A DNA stretch of 64,000 bases from a virus. How positions within the stretch are numbered: the stretch's first letter is position 1; the number at the start of each line of letters is the position of its first letter. This document shows positions 1 to 9,521 of the stretch, piece by piece. The position numbers and the translations under genes were made by a program. The stretch spans positions 30,224 through 94,223 of the IMG/VR virus record IMGVR_UViG_3300025087_000048. One strand, written 5' to 3'. The notes below the pieces were generated by a model. The model searched no databases. It was given only the letters and a program-made list of their open reading frames with translations, and had not been told where the DNA came from.

Positions 1-852
1 ATTCCGCCCACGCACACCCTGCGGGCGAGCAAGATCATACTGCTTATATATCCGCTTGCCAGCAATTTTACATATCATATCAATTAACTTATTCACCGAA
101 ACTACCTCAGTAGACCCAAGATTTAATGGTTGGTGTATATCAGACTGCATAATGCGATAAATCCCCTCTACACAGTCATCAACATAACAATACGATCGCG
201 CCTGTGCGCCATCTCCCCACACCTCAATGGTCCCCCCATCGGGGGCCATAGCGATCTTGCGGCACAGAGCCGCTGGGGCCTTCTCACGGCCTCCCTGGTA
301 GGTTCCGAGCGTGCCATAAATGTTGTGAAAACGAGCAATACGAGTTGACAGCTTCTTATCTTCCCAATAATACTTACACAGTTCCTCTGCAAACAATTTC
401 TCCCACCCATATGCTGGCTCAGGATTCGCCGGATATGCTTCCCATTCAGCCAACGGTTTTGCTCCAACCCACCCCTGCCGTTCAACTGGGTACACGCATG
501 CGCTAGACGAATAAAAGAACCGTCGTACCCCGACATCAGCCGATGCCTCTAGCATATTCGAATCAATCAACACGTTATTGCGAGCAACATCCGCATGCAC
601 TGACGTAATATACCCGATCCCGCCCATGTCAGCTGCAAGATGGTACACTTCGTCAATATCTCGTACAGCCTCATCGCAAGCCGACACCTGACGCAAATCC
701 AATGTCAAGAACTCATGAGCAGCTGATAGCTCATACTCAGGCAACTTCACATCAACACCACGCACATGATATCCACCACGAACAAGATATTTCACAAGGT
801 GATGCCCTAGGAATCCGCCCGCACCTGTCACTAACGCATTTATTTTGCTCAT
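1..852 (-). CDS. NAD-dependent epimerase, GDP-mannose 3,5-epimerase (GME)-like; runs off the window edge
   Basis: Not in the ORF track. Hand translation from ATG 852 (ATGA overlap): MSKINALVTGAGGFLG...HLAADMGGIGYI...YGWEK...GGREKAPAALCRK...WGDG.QARSYCYVDDCVEG...PQGVRGRN, which are GME-family signatures. Confidence 0.9.
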   Translation of the reverse strand, partial: MSKINALVTGAGGFLGHHLVKYLVRGGYHVRGVDVKLPEYELSAAHEFLTLDLRQVSACDEAVRDIDEVYHLAADMGGIGYITSVHADVARNNVLIDSNMLEASADVGVRRFFYSSSACVYPVERQGWVGAKPLAEWEAYPANPEPAYGWEKLFAEELCKYYWEDKKLSTRIARFHNIYGTLGTYQGGREKAPAALCRKIAMAPDGGTIEVWGDGAQARSYCYVDDCVEGIYRIMQSDIHQPLNLGSTEVVSVNKLIDMICKIAGKRIYKQYDLARPQGVRGRN

Positions 853-2081
853 CGCACAACCCCCCCAAGACGAAGCACAGGCGCTGTTACTTCAAGCTTC
901 GCCTCACCGTACATCAGATTGTCAAACTCCGGCCACGCCGTCGCAATAATAAACACGTCTGCCTTATCTAATACGTCAGAGAGCCCCAGCGGAGTCTCGC
1001 ACGACACCCCTGACACAATGGAACCGCCCATCGGATCATACCCAAGCACGGGCCATCCGCGACCAATACATGCATCGACGATTGCCATGCCCTGAGACAG
1101 TGTCGTGTCGGCAGCCCCTGGGTTATACACAAGACCAAGAACTCCAATTACAGGCTTTTTCCGCGCACTACTGAGTTTTATATGCGTCTCAATCCAACCC
1201 AGCGTCGAAGTAATCACTCGCTGTCTAGACAGTCCATGCCCCAGCTTTGCACTCACAGCCATCGGCGATGACCCCAGCGAGCACCACACATCAAGGTCAC
1301 GAGGCAAGCAAGGTCCCGCTGGACTCCAACCAGGTTTCAAATATGCAGACCCAATACGCGCATCCCCACCTACAGCTTCAAGAACCTTCTCAGACGACGC
1401 TCCAACGGCACGACACATCTCAGCAATCTCGTTTGCCCAAGCAATACGTGATGACAACGACACATTGATTGCCAATTTTGCCACCGCAATACTCAGAGGA
1501 TCACCCACAACTTCACGAACATTCACCTGATGAACACCCGACCAACCCCACAACTCTCTCAGAACCTCCAACCCCGCTGACGTATTCATCCCAAAAAGAC
1601 CCACCGTCGGATACGCCAAATCCTCAATCACATGCCCAAGCCGAATTAACGGCGGGTTATACAGCACTTCAGGCCCAGTACACACTTTCGTCACCGTACG
1701 AGGATCGAGCGTAGACCCAACAATGACCCACCCGGACCACCCAGATATGTTGATCTGATCCAGAACCGATTTGACATACTCCGCTGAAAGCCCAGAACCA
1801 CGTTTTGGAGTTGGAACAATGACGTATGCGTACGCTCGATCAGAAACAAGTCCTTTTGATATCCCTGGATGATACAACGCCTCATCAAGCGTTCTTACGT
1901 ATTTGATTGACCCGAGCCATTCAGCAACACCAGGTTCCCAAGGAAGCGGATTTTCCCCTTGAGATAGCCGTGACAACAACTCTGAATCCACATCATACCC
2001 GATCACTTGATGCCCAAGACGAGCAAAATAGCAGGCAGTAGGAAGTCCGACACGCCCTAATCCGATCACAGCAACATTCAC
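849..2081 (-). CDS. UDP-glucose/GDP-mannose dehydrogenase family protein
   Basis: Rossmann GLGRVG, VIVPTP, AKLAIN, D.RIG and catalytic GPCLPRD. GTG start at 2081 chosen from a GTGA overlap with the upstream stop. Confidence 0.9.
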   Translation of the reverse strand: MNVAVIGLGRVGLPTACYFARLGHQVIGYDVDSELLSRLSQGENPLPWEPGVAEWLGSIKYVRTLDEALYHPGISKGLVSDRAYAYVIVPTPKRGSGLSAEYVKSVLDQINISGWSGWVIVGSTLDPRTVTKVCTGPEVLYNPPLIRLGHVIEDLAYPTVGLFGMNTSAGLEVLRELWGWSGVHQVNVREVVGDPLSIAVAKLAINVSLSSRIAWANEIAEMCRAVGASSEKVLEAVGGDARIGSAYLKPGWSPAGPCLPRDLDVWCSLGSSPMAVSAKLGHGLSRQRVITSTLGWIETHIKLSSARKKPVIGVLGLVYNPGAADTTLSQGMAIVDACIGRGWPVLGYDPMGGSIVSGVSCETPLGLSDVLDKADVFIIATAWPEFDNLMYGEAKLEVTAPVLRLGGVVR

Positions 2082-3148
2082 GGTTCGCTGTCCGGCCATA
2101 TTTCTCTCCCATTCCAATATGTAAAATTGTCAACATCGTTAATTGGAACTGACGCCGTCGTTCTCCATCCGGTCAACAACTCTGATAACTCATCCATTGA
2201 CCACGGATTCAATGCTCGAGGGGACCCACCCGCTTGCATCTCTGCCTTCCGACGTTCCACGTACGCCAATCCATCGGGCCAACTCCAACGTCCCTCCAAC
2301 CGAATTGGCTTTGACGATCCAAAAGGCAGCGCAGGATCAATCATATGCGGATCGAGATAGCACACCGATACCTCAGGAGCCCACCATAATTCAACATGTG
2401 CCGCTAACAAACGATATTGTAAGTCAATATCCAGCGGACCCCGCCCCCGTTCCAACCGTTCATCTAACCCGTTGAGCTCCCACATCACATCACGACACAC
2501 CGAATCATTCTTAATATGGAGCCACCCATCTCCAAGACCAGACCCACCCGTTCGCCTCAACTCTGTCATGCGAAGATCCTGATGGCGTACTGGCAATCCC
2601 ATCAAATGCGGCAGCCACGCAGATTGAAATCTCCCAGCCTTCATTGGGTACATCTCATCCAAAATCTCCCCGCGTGCCACCGGGCTCTCTTCCGTACATT
2701 CGAATCCTGCTTCCCACTTTCGCACCACCGCCTCAAAATCATACGGCTGCTTGAGAACAAGTTCAGGAATCGGGACAAACCGGTAGCTCCCCGCCACGTA
2801 CCGCCGCTGCCCGTCCAACGCCTTCAGGTGCCCCTCAATCCATCCTGGCGGGGTATACATCCAATCAGCCAAGAAGATCACCACACGCCCTCGAGCCAAC
2901 GCAATTGCAGTATTCCAAGCTGACGCGAAAGACACCCATTTCCCATTCCGCCGATGTTCAGGAACATGAAGCAACGGCACATCATAACCCCACGCCATCT
3001 CCTGTACTTCTTTATGTCTCTTCTCGTACCGACGGTCAACCAAAATAACTTCAAAATCTTTGAACGTCTGATCTCTCATCCCAGCCAAAAGAACATCAAT
3101 TCCGCCCGGCCTGAACACAGTAGACAATACGGACACTTCAGGCGTCAT
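2078..3148 (-). CDS. glycosyltransferase family 2 (GT-A)
   Basis: VSVL...QTFKDFEVILVD...SAWNTAIALARGRVVIFLAD...LNGLDE...DIDL. Confidence 0.85.
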   Translation of the reverse strand: MTPEVSVLSTVFRPGGIDVLLAGMRDQTFKDFEVILVDRRYEKRHKEVQEMAWGYDVPLLHVPEHRRNGKWVSFASAWNTAIALARGRVVIFLADWMYTPPGWIEGHLKALDGQRRYVAGSYRFVPIPELVLKQPYDFEAVVRKWEAGFECTEESPVARGEILDEMYPMKAGRFQSAWLPHLMGLPVRHQDLRMTELRRTGGSGLGDGWLHIKNDSVCRDVMWELNGLDERLERGRGPLDIDLQYRLLAAHVELWWAPEVSVCYLDPHMIDPALPFGSSKPIRLEGRWSWPDGLAYVERRKAEMQAGGSPRALNPWSMDELSELLTGWRTTASVPINDVDNFTYWNGREIWPDSEP

Positions 3149-3654
3149 ACAGACACCAAATACGACCAAGATCGTCCCCTACGAACGTCACGAATAGCAG
3201 AATCAGACACTCCAAAACGACGACCTAACACTGGTGCAGACTCATTACTCATTCTTATTTCCAAAACACGCGCTTCTGTCAATTTAGTCCAACCCAACCG
3301 CTCACCTCTTCGCCACGAATGGTCAATTAACCCCAAAGCATTTGCATGTTTCATATTTTCGGAGCGAGTAACATACTCCAAGTTAGAAACAAAATTGTTA
3401 GTTTTAACCCCATCTAAATGGTTAACCTCATACCCATCCGGCCTTGGTCCAATAAACGCTTCTGCAACAACTCGATGAACAAGCATCAAATTTGTCACTC
3501 CTGGACGTCTAAGGCGAATACATAAGTACCCACCTGGGTGTTTCCACACTCTCATCATATGTACACGCCCTTTAATTCTGAACACATCCCCCAAATTAGA
3601 TACCAAATATTGCTGCTCGTAACCAACAACAGGACGCCAATCAAGTTCAAGCAT
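3145..3654 (-). CDS. NUMOD4-HNH homing endonuclease
   Basis: WRPVVGYEQQYLVSNLG (NUMOD4); VHRVVAEAFIG...VNHLDGVKTNN..SNLEYVT.SEN (HNH); C-terminal HTH. Confidence 0.92.
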   Translation of the reverse strand: MLELDWRPVVGYEQQYLVSNLGDVFRIKGRVHMMRVWKHPGGYLCIRLRRPGVTNLMLVHRVVAEAFIGPRPDGYEVNHLDGVKTNNFVSNLEYVTRSENMKHANALGLIDHSWRRGERLGWTKLTEARVLEIRMSNESAPVLGRRFGVSDSAIRDVRRGRSWSYLVSV

Positions 3655-4210
3655 GCCTAACCCCGGTCACATGCATTTCCCATTTATTATACCAACCGCC
3701 ATGCACAATATTAGAAAAACCAGCAAATTCTAACTCAGTTTTAAACGAATCAAAATTATACAACCATTTATGATATCCAAATCCATTTTCATTATTAGGC
3801 CCATGAAACAAACATGAAAGCCACCCTTCAAACAATCCATCCTCTCGTAACCGTTCAAGAATAAAATCACCATCCCCTATCATCACAATAATTTGCCCAC
3901 CAGTATCAAGAATACGATAACATTCACGAAGAATTTTTCGAGCTGCATCCCGTGATAAATGCTGTAAAGAATGAATTGCCTTTACACACTGTGCATGCCC
4001 ATCATGAAACGGAAGATCTTCCTGTTCCAAATCGCACACAATATCCACATTTGGCCCAGCAGATATATCAACATTCGGATGATAGACATCCTCTGCCGGA
4101 CCCCCACCAATCTCCACCCACCGAGAGATCCCACACTGCTCGCACAGAGGTCCATACCCCCCTGATGGCGGAGGAGGCCCATGGGACTGCCACCGCGTAA
4201 TATCCACCAT
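3647..4210 (-). CDS. class I SAM-dependent methyltransferase-like protein
   Basis: EIGGG, NVDI, DIVCDL, LPF.D, HSLQHL, ECYRIL..GG; TGATG-coupled start at 4210. Confidence 0.8.
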   Translation of the reverse strand: MVDITRWQSHGPPPPSGGYGPLCEQCGISRWVEIGGGPAEDVYHPNVDISAGPNVDIVCDLEQEDLPFHDGHAQCVKAIHSLQHLSRDAARKILRECYRILDTGGQIIVMIGDGDFILERLREDGLFEGWLSCLFHGPNNENGFGYHKWLYNFDSFKTELEFAGFSNIVHGGWYNKWEMHVTGVRHA

Positions 4211-7041
4211 CAGACCACCTCGACAGGTTTCTGAAGCAACCGCTTCCTGGCGTACCACACGGCCTGCTTTGCAAACTCCTCCAGATTTCCGCCAAACTCA
4301 TCAGCCGTTCTCACTAACACACGATCCCAAGCAAGCCGTAACAACACATCCACCAAATCCGGCCATTGAAGCCGAAGTAATAAATTCATCTCTTCGTAAA
4401 ATCTGGAACTCTTCTGTGAAGCAATATTCAAATATGTAAATTCCTCAGTTGGCCAGATAATATTCCCATACCGAAGATCAACCTCACCCCACTGGCCTCC
4501 GTCCAACCCGCGTTTCACAATCGCGATCGTTCGCCTATATTCCTCAGCCAATAATGTCGCGGGTCGTCGAGATGCCACCTGCAAAAGCCACTCATAAAAC
4601 TCCCGGTATGACACACCTTGAACATCATGCAAATACATCGCAACTTCCCGGAGTAACCCAAACCCATGAAATGTCTGAACTGCCCACGAGAACATATACG
4701 CCTGCACCCAATCCGCTTCCGGCATCGTTGCGGTCTCAATACATAGGAGACAGGTTTCTTGAATTCCATCCTGATTCGGAGTCGAGTGCTGTTGCAACAG
4801 CGGAGACTGAATCACACGCATTCCATGCTTCTTCTGATACTCGAGATCGCCCATCTCTGCATTCGGAAGAACTGCCAACAAATAAATATTCAGTCCCTCA
4901 TGTTGCCCAGCCTTTAATAGCTGCTCAATCCCCCTGGTAAACGAGTCGTATGTCTCCCCTGGCAAACCAAGAATTAACTCCGTGTATGTAGGAATTCCCT
5001 CCTGACGATATGTCCCCAACAATGATTTGAAGTTCTCGATCTTAATATTACTCCGCTTGATCTCCTGTAACGTATGTGCGTCAAGGCTCTGAAAACTCAA
5101 TGTGGTCCCCTTACTCATTCCTGCCTGGTGGACCACACTAGAGATATCAAGAACTTTCTGATTACTGTTCTTTGCGTATGCCGCCCGAAATTGCCGTGGA
5201 TAGCCATATTTTTCTTTCGCAGCAACCATTTCCTTTGTCAATTCAAGATCACGTGGAAGCAATCCAAAATTCGCATCACAATTATAAAGTAGTTCAATTT
5301 CGTGCTGACCCATCCACTCAAATTCACGAACAAGACGTTCATCATCAAACGCTCGTATCTTCGTAAGGACCGCAGAACCCCAATCACAATTGTGGCTTTC
5401 CAACCCGAAAACACTATAAATTGGAGTATCTTCTACTTCTAAATTAAAAACATACCCAGAAAAATCGGCATCACTTACGGACGTCACATACGCCCACAAG
5501 TTTATTGGTAACTTTTCCGGAAACCGCCCAGCAAATTCTATCCGATAGGATTCATGCACATTAACATCTCGCCCGCAAATTCTAGGAACAAGCAATTTAC
5601 GTTTAGAAACACCAGCACAAATACCAAGCAGACTCAGCAAAACCTGAAGTTGAGTAGCAAGAGTCAACGACACAGTCGAAGCAATACAGCGACCTTGAGA
5701 ATTCTTCTTATCAATACTGAAACACCCATCTCCATCGAAATAGCCGCGAATAAACGCATGTATCAATTCCGACGAAACACTAAACCACGCGTACGGAATC
5801 TTTTTCCTTAACGATCCAGAACCGAACAACTTAGAAAACAAACGAGCATACACCGAACTACAAACATAAATTTGCATGCCTGTATCAGTTTCAGATACGA
5901 TCGGTTCGACACCTAAGCACAACCTAACCAGTTGGCATGTTTCAGTAATTAAATCAGTCTCGTGTTTCCCAAACGTCCATCCTACAACACCAGAATTTGG
6001 CCGAGTTTTTGAAAAAGAAACATGTCCTTCCGCAACATACAACCCGCACAAACGCATAAACAAGTTATTCATAATTACATAACGTGGCACTTTCACTTTG
6101 CCACGCTTGAATTTAACAAACATACCATCTACACACAACGCATCTAAATAGTTACATAGATCTAAAATCTCCACGCCCGCTCTCTGTGTATCCGGCACAG
6201 ATACACGAATACGATCTCCTACAGTAATTTCACCAGCAGAAATCCATCCGCGCTGCGTCAACCATTCATGATTAGGCGTACACTGTATCAAAGGACGCCC
6301 TACAACTTTCACTCGTTTAATCACCCCGGAGTACCGCCGCTCATACCTATGCAGAATCTGCTTCAATCCAGTATGCGTCCAAACTTGTTCGCCTACTTTA
6401 TCCAAAACAACTTCAGAAATAGGCACAGACCCAGCGTCTGTCATAATAACTGCATCACCTGTCAAACAAAAACTGCAAGAATAGACACATCCCCTATGCG
6501 TCTCTTGACTAGCATTATGATTATAGTCCGCTTCAAGCATCATGTCGAACACACCGGTCACATACGGAGATGGCAAAATAGAAAGATCAGCAATTCGTGA
6601 ACCAGATCGGTGAACCAAGGTTTCTGCCTTCAACCCACTACAACGAACCAGTAAAATCTCAGAAAACGCGATTTCTCCCTCATGATGAACAACAACGTCC
6701 ACATAATCCGGGATATCACGACGTAATGCCACTGACTTTGGAACATGCGGACCACCAAACACGATCAAACAGTCCGGATACGATTCACGAACTTTCTGTG
6801 CAAGAACCTTGTTAAACTCCCAGTTCCAAATATAACATGAAAACCCGACAACATCCGGATTTTCCATTCGTTCCACAATCGCATCAGAACGCTCTCGAAG
6901 ATAAATCAACTCTTTGAAACAGTATTCTTTGTTTACCCAATCAAGTGACTGACAGTATGCTTGAATCAATCCGACGGAATACGGAAGAAACACGTTATCC
7001 CCGAACCGATTATTCACTTGAACCAAATACACGTTACGCAT
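4210..7041 (-). CDS. cobalamin-dependent (B12-binding) radical SAM enzyme, intein-interrupted
   Basis: N-terminal B12-binding domain (LPYSVG, PDVVGFSCYIWN, IVFGGPHV, HEGE), RGCVYSCSF-[intein]-CDWG, DANFG, SFQS, ELILGLPGET. Confidence 0.92.
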   Translation of the reverse strand: MRNVYLVQVNNRFGDNVFLPYSVGLIQAYCQSLDWVNKEYCFKELIYLRERSDAIVERMENPDVVGFSCYIWNWEFNKVLAQKVRESYPDCLIVFGGPHVPKSVALRRDIPDYVDVVVHHEGEIAFSEILLVRCSGLKAETLVHRSGSRIADLSILPSPYVTGVFDMMLEADYNHNASQETHRGCVYSCSFCLTGDAVIMTDAGSVPISEVVLDKVGEQVWTHTGLKQILHRYERRYSGVIKRVKVVGRPLIQCTPNHEWLTQRGWISAGEITVGDRIRVSVPDTQRAGVEILDLCNYLDALCVDGMFVKFKRGKVKVPRYVIMNNLFMRLCGLYVAEGHVSFSKTRPNSGVVGWTFGKHETDLITETCQLVRLCLGVEPIVSETDTGMQIYVCSSVYARLFSKLFGSGSLRKKIPYAWFSVSSELIHAFIRGYFDGDGCFSIDKKNSQGRCIASTVSLTLATQLQVLLSLLGICAGVSKRKLLVPRICGRDVNVHESYRIEFAGRFPEKLPINLWAYVTSVSDADFSGYVFNLEVEDTPIYSVFGLESHNCDWGSAVLTKIRAFDDERLVREFEWMGQHEIELLYNCDANFGLLPRDLELTKEMVAAKEKYGYPRQFRAAYAKNSNQKVLDISSVVHQAGMSKGTTLSFQSLDAHTLQEIKRSNIKIENFKSLLGTYRQEGIPTYTELILGLPGETYDSFTRGIEQLLKAGQHEGLNIYLLAVLPNAEMGDLEYQKKHGMRVIQSPLLQQHSTPNQDGIQETCLLCIETATMPEADWVQAYMFSWAVQTFHGFGLLREVAMYLHDVQGVSYREFYEWLLQVASRRPATLLAEEYRRTIAIVKRGLDGGQWGEVDLRYGNIIWPTEEFTYLNIASQKSSRFYEEMNLLLRLQWPDLVDVLLRLAWDRVLVRTADEFGGNLEEFAKQAVWYARKRLLQKPVEVV
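5389..6468 (-). mobile_element. intein with LAGLIDADG endonuclease (360 aa) in the radical SAM gene
   Basis: Starts CLTGDAVI; block B CTPNHEW; LCGLYVAEG and FIRGYFDGDG; ends VFNLEVED...SHN, followed by +1 Cys. Confidence 0.95.
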
Positions 7042-8050
7042 ACCACGCCCACTCTGGTTTTTGCCCCACAAGATGCCCTGCATTGCCGCTCACAATCCTG
7101 GACGCATCATGCTCACACGCCAAAAACCTCGGGAGCGACGCTTCAGGTGTACTTCTCCACACTGAATGCGGGAAGTAATGCCGAGGATTCACAATCTCAA
7201 CAGTTGCCACCGGATCAAGAAGCATCCATGCAGCTCCAGAACGACTCAGACGAAGACCCATATCCGAATCATCATAACAATGACCGATCCACGACTCGTC
7301 AAACCCGTTCACTTCACGTCCCCGCTCAGCCCCCATCCCTTCATTTTTCGCATGAAACGCAGTCGGAGGAACATCTCCACTCACAAGTCCATTCAATTTT
7401 GGATCAGCACGGAAAAAATACGGATCTTCATCCAAAGTCAGAACTTGCTCAGGATACTTAATCGGCGGATCAAAGATCGTGTACATCCATTTATCGTAAA
7501 CCCCGTCCTGTATCGCGTCAGCAAACTCTTGTCCAGCCTGTGCTGAATATTGGTAGGTTGCTCCCTGCACTGGTTTCACCACACAGTCCACTGTGGCTGC
7601 TCCGTATACCCAATGTGCCCGAATTGGTGCATACGCTGGAAGATCATATGCCAGAGTCGGAGGATACCGGTATCGGTGCGCTCCCATCCCGGCCTTCTTC
7701 TTCTCGGTGTACTCCCAGACCCCCCAGTGTTCCCGTAAGCATGCTTCTGGGAAAAACGAGTAATCCACCCCCCACACAATCAGTTCCCCGGATGCCTTCG
7801 CAATCGCCGTATTCCTAGCGGCCGGAACTGAATCCAATGGGAATATCCGATCCTTCGGGGGTGTATGAACCACCCGAATACTCGCATCAAAAAAGGCATC
7901 CGCCACTTGTTCGGCCCGGCGATGGTACAATGCATCAACGAGTACCACCTCGAAATCATCAAAGATCTGACGAGTCAACCCAGCTAAAAGAACATCAAGA
8001 CCGCCTGGCCGCACAGTCACAATACACAAACTTAACCTGGGTGCCCCCAT
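7034..8050 (-). CDS. glycosyltransferase family 2, paralog of 2078-3148
   Basis: RPGGLDVLLAGL..QIFDDFEVVLVD, AARNTAIAKASGELIV..VD, VNGFDE...DDSDMG.RL. Confidence 0.85.
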   Translation of the reverse strand: MGAPRLSLCIVTVRPGGLDVLLAGLTRQIFDDFEVVLVDALYHRRAEQVADAFFDASIRVVHTPPKDRIFPLDSVPAARNTAIAKASGELIVWGVDYSFFPEACLREHWGVWEYTEKKKAGMGAHRYRYPPTLAYDLPAYAPIRAHWVYGAATVDCVVKPVQGATYQYSAQAGQEFADAIQDGVYDKWMYTIFDPPIKYPEQVLTLDEDPYFFRADPKLNGLVSGDVPPTAFHAKNEGMGAERGREVNGFDESWIGHCYDDSDMGLRLSRSGAAWMLLDPVATVEIVNPRHYFPHSVWRSTPEASLPRFLACEHDASRIVSGNAGHLVGQKPEWAWYA

Positions 8051-8265
8051 TACCGAACATCTGCCAATTGCATATGAACCAAACGAGATGTTAACACCAG
8101 CTCTGGTTCCTCATGAACCCCCTCAACAACACATGCACACACGTCTGAAAATACCTGCCGCACTGTCCCTGTCCATGACGACACACCCCTCGGACCCCAG
8201 CCTGACTTCACAAACACAACATCTCCAACATTAATCACTCGGAGATCCTGACTTGCATGTGGCAT
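8050..8265 (-). CDS. small hypothetical protein (SH3/KOW-like)
   Basis: NVGDVVFV...TGTV..V pattern; translationally coupled to the next gene. Confidence 0.5.
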   Translation of the reverse strand: MPHASQDLRVINVGDVVFVKSGWGPRGVSSWTGTVRQVFSDVCACVVEGVHEEPELVLTSRLVHMQLADVR

Positions 8266-8277
8266 ACGTCACCCCTT

Positions 8278-9330
8278 TCAGTTTTTACCAGTGTACAACT
8301 CACGAAGCACCGCCTCCTCGGACTTTACCCACGTGCACATGTCCTTCACTCCAGCCTGGATCGTCACCGTTGGATGCCACTGCATCCCCACCATTCGCTC
8401 AATATTCGATACATACACTTTATTGTCCTGTGGCCTCCAATCTCCGTACACGATCACTGGTTTCATTCTCAACTCATCGGCAATCAACGCAAGTGCTTCG
8501 ACCAATGACGTAGCGTTCCGCACTCCACCACCGAGATTGAATAATTCGCCCTTGTACACATCAGCCACCTCGAACAACCGATCAAACGCAGTACACACAT
8601 CCAGCACATGCAACATATCTCGCACCTGGAACCCGTCGCCCTTGATCTCAATAGGCAACCCCAGGAGCGTTGCAATACAGAACCACCCGAGCCATCCCTG
8701 TGCGGATCGTCCAAATTGCCGTGGACCATACATCCCGGATGGCACGACAATCACAATTGGCATGTCATACATCGCCGCATAACAACGGCTGTAATATAAT
8801 CCAGCTATCTTCGACGCCCCGTACGGCTCCTTCGCATCCGTATAAAATGGAAACTGCTCCGATGGACCGTGCCGATTCCCGACCCACCGATATCGAGATC
8901 CATTCAACTCGACAGGCCACCCGGTCACGTCGTATACCTTGTTCGATGCTAAATACAACACCTTTGCCTTCGGAGCAGCGTGTCGAAGTTCGTCCAGAAG
9001 CGTAAATGTACCAATAACATTCGATGAAAAATCAACTTCAGGAGCTTCCATTGATACATTGACACTTGACTGTGCTGCGGCATGTACAACACGATCAATC
9101 CCATCAAATTGCTTCAATGCACTTTGCACCACTTCTGGTAACGCAACATTTCCGTGAACAATTCGCAAAAACGGAGACGTCGCATATTTCCTAAGCCACT
9201 CTTCGTTATACTTACACGATCTCCCACGAGTATACCCATCAAGCACAACAACCTGATATCCATGTTCCAGGCAATGTTTTGCATAGTTACTCCCGACCAA
9301 CCCTAGACCGCCCGTAATTAACACTCGCAT
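8278..9330 (-). CDS. NAD-dependent epimerase, CDP-tyvelose/paratose 2-epimerase (RfbE)-like
   Basis: MRVLITGGLGLVG, HAAAQ, SNKVY, PYGASK, MYGPRQFG...QGW..WF, GDG.QVRD.LH..D, FNLGGG..N, WRP.D; SD AGGAG before ATG 9330. Confidence 0.88.
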   Translation of the reverse strand: MRVLITGGLGLVGSNYAKHCLEHGYQVVVLDGYTRGRSCKYNEEWLRKYATSPFLRIVHGNVALPEVVQSALKQFDGIDRVVHAAAQSSVNVSMEAPEVDFSSNVIGTFTLLDELRHAAPKAKVLYLASNKVYDVTGWPVELNGSRYRWVGNRHGPSEQFPFYTDAKEPYGASKIAGLYYSRCYAAMYDMPIVIVVPSGMYGPRQFGRSAQGWLGWFCIATLLGLPIEIKGDGFQVRDMLHVLDVCTAFDRLFEVADVYKGELFNLGGGVRNATSLVEALALIADELRMKPVIVYGDWRPQDNKVYVSNIERMVGMQWHPTVTIQAGVKDMCTWVKSEEAVLRELYTGKN

Positions 9331-9344
9331 GGATAATCTCCTGT

Positions 9345-9521
9345 TTAATTCAAACACGTACGCTGTGAATCCAGATCTCCCATCTGAAGTAACGCTCCCT
9401 GTAGCAAATACATTTCCCCGTCCGGCACGAACGGACAACACACCACCTCCACGTTCCCCATCTTTCCGACACTCTTATGGTCAAGCTGACAAATCGGACA
9501 CCAGACACAAACCTTATTCAT
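9345..9521 (-). CDS. small Cys-rich hypothetical protein
   Basis: ATGA-coupled start; CPIC...CCP. Confidence 0.45.
   Translation of the reverse strand: MNKVCVWCPICQLDHKSVGKMGNVEVVCCPFVPDGEMYLLQGALLQMGDLDSQRTCLN

Noticed and set aside
168-536. 122-aa minus-strand ORF in the track
   Set aside because: Wrong frame; the real gene is the GME-like epimerase 852 to <1
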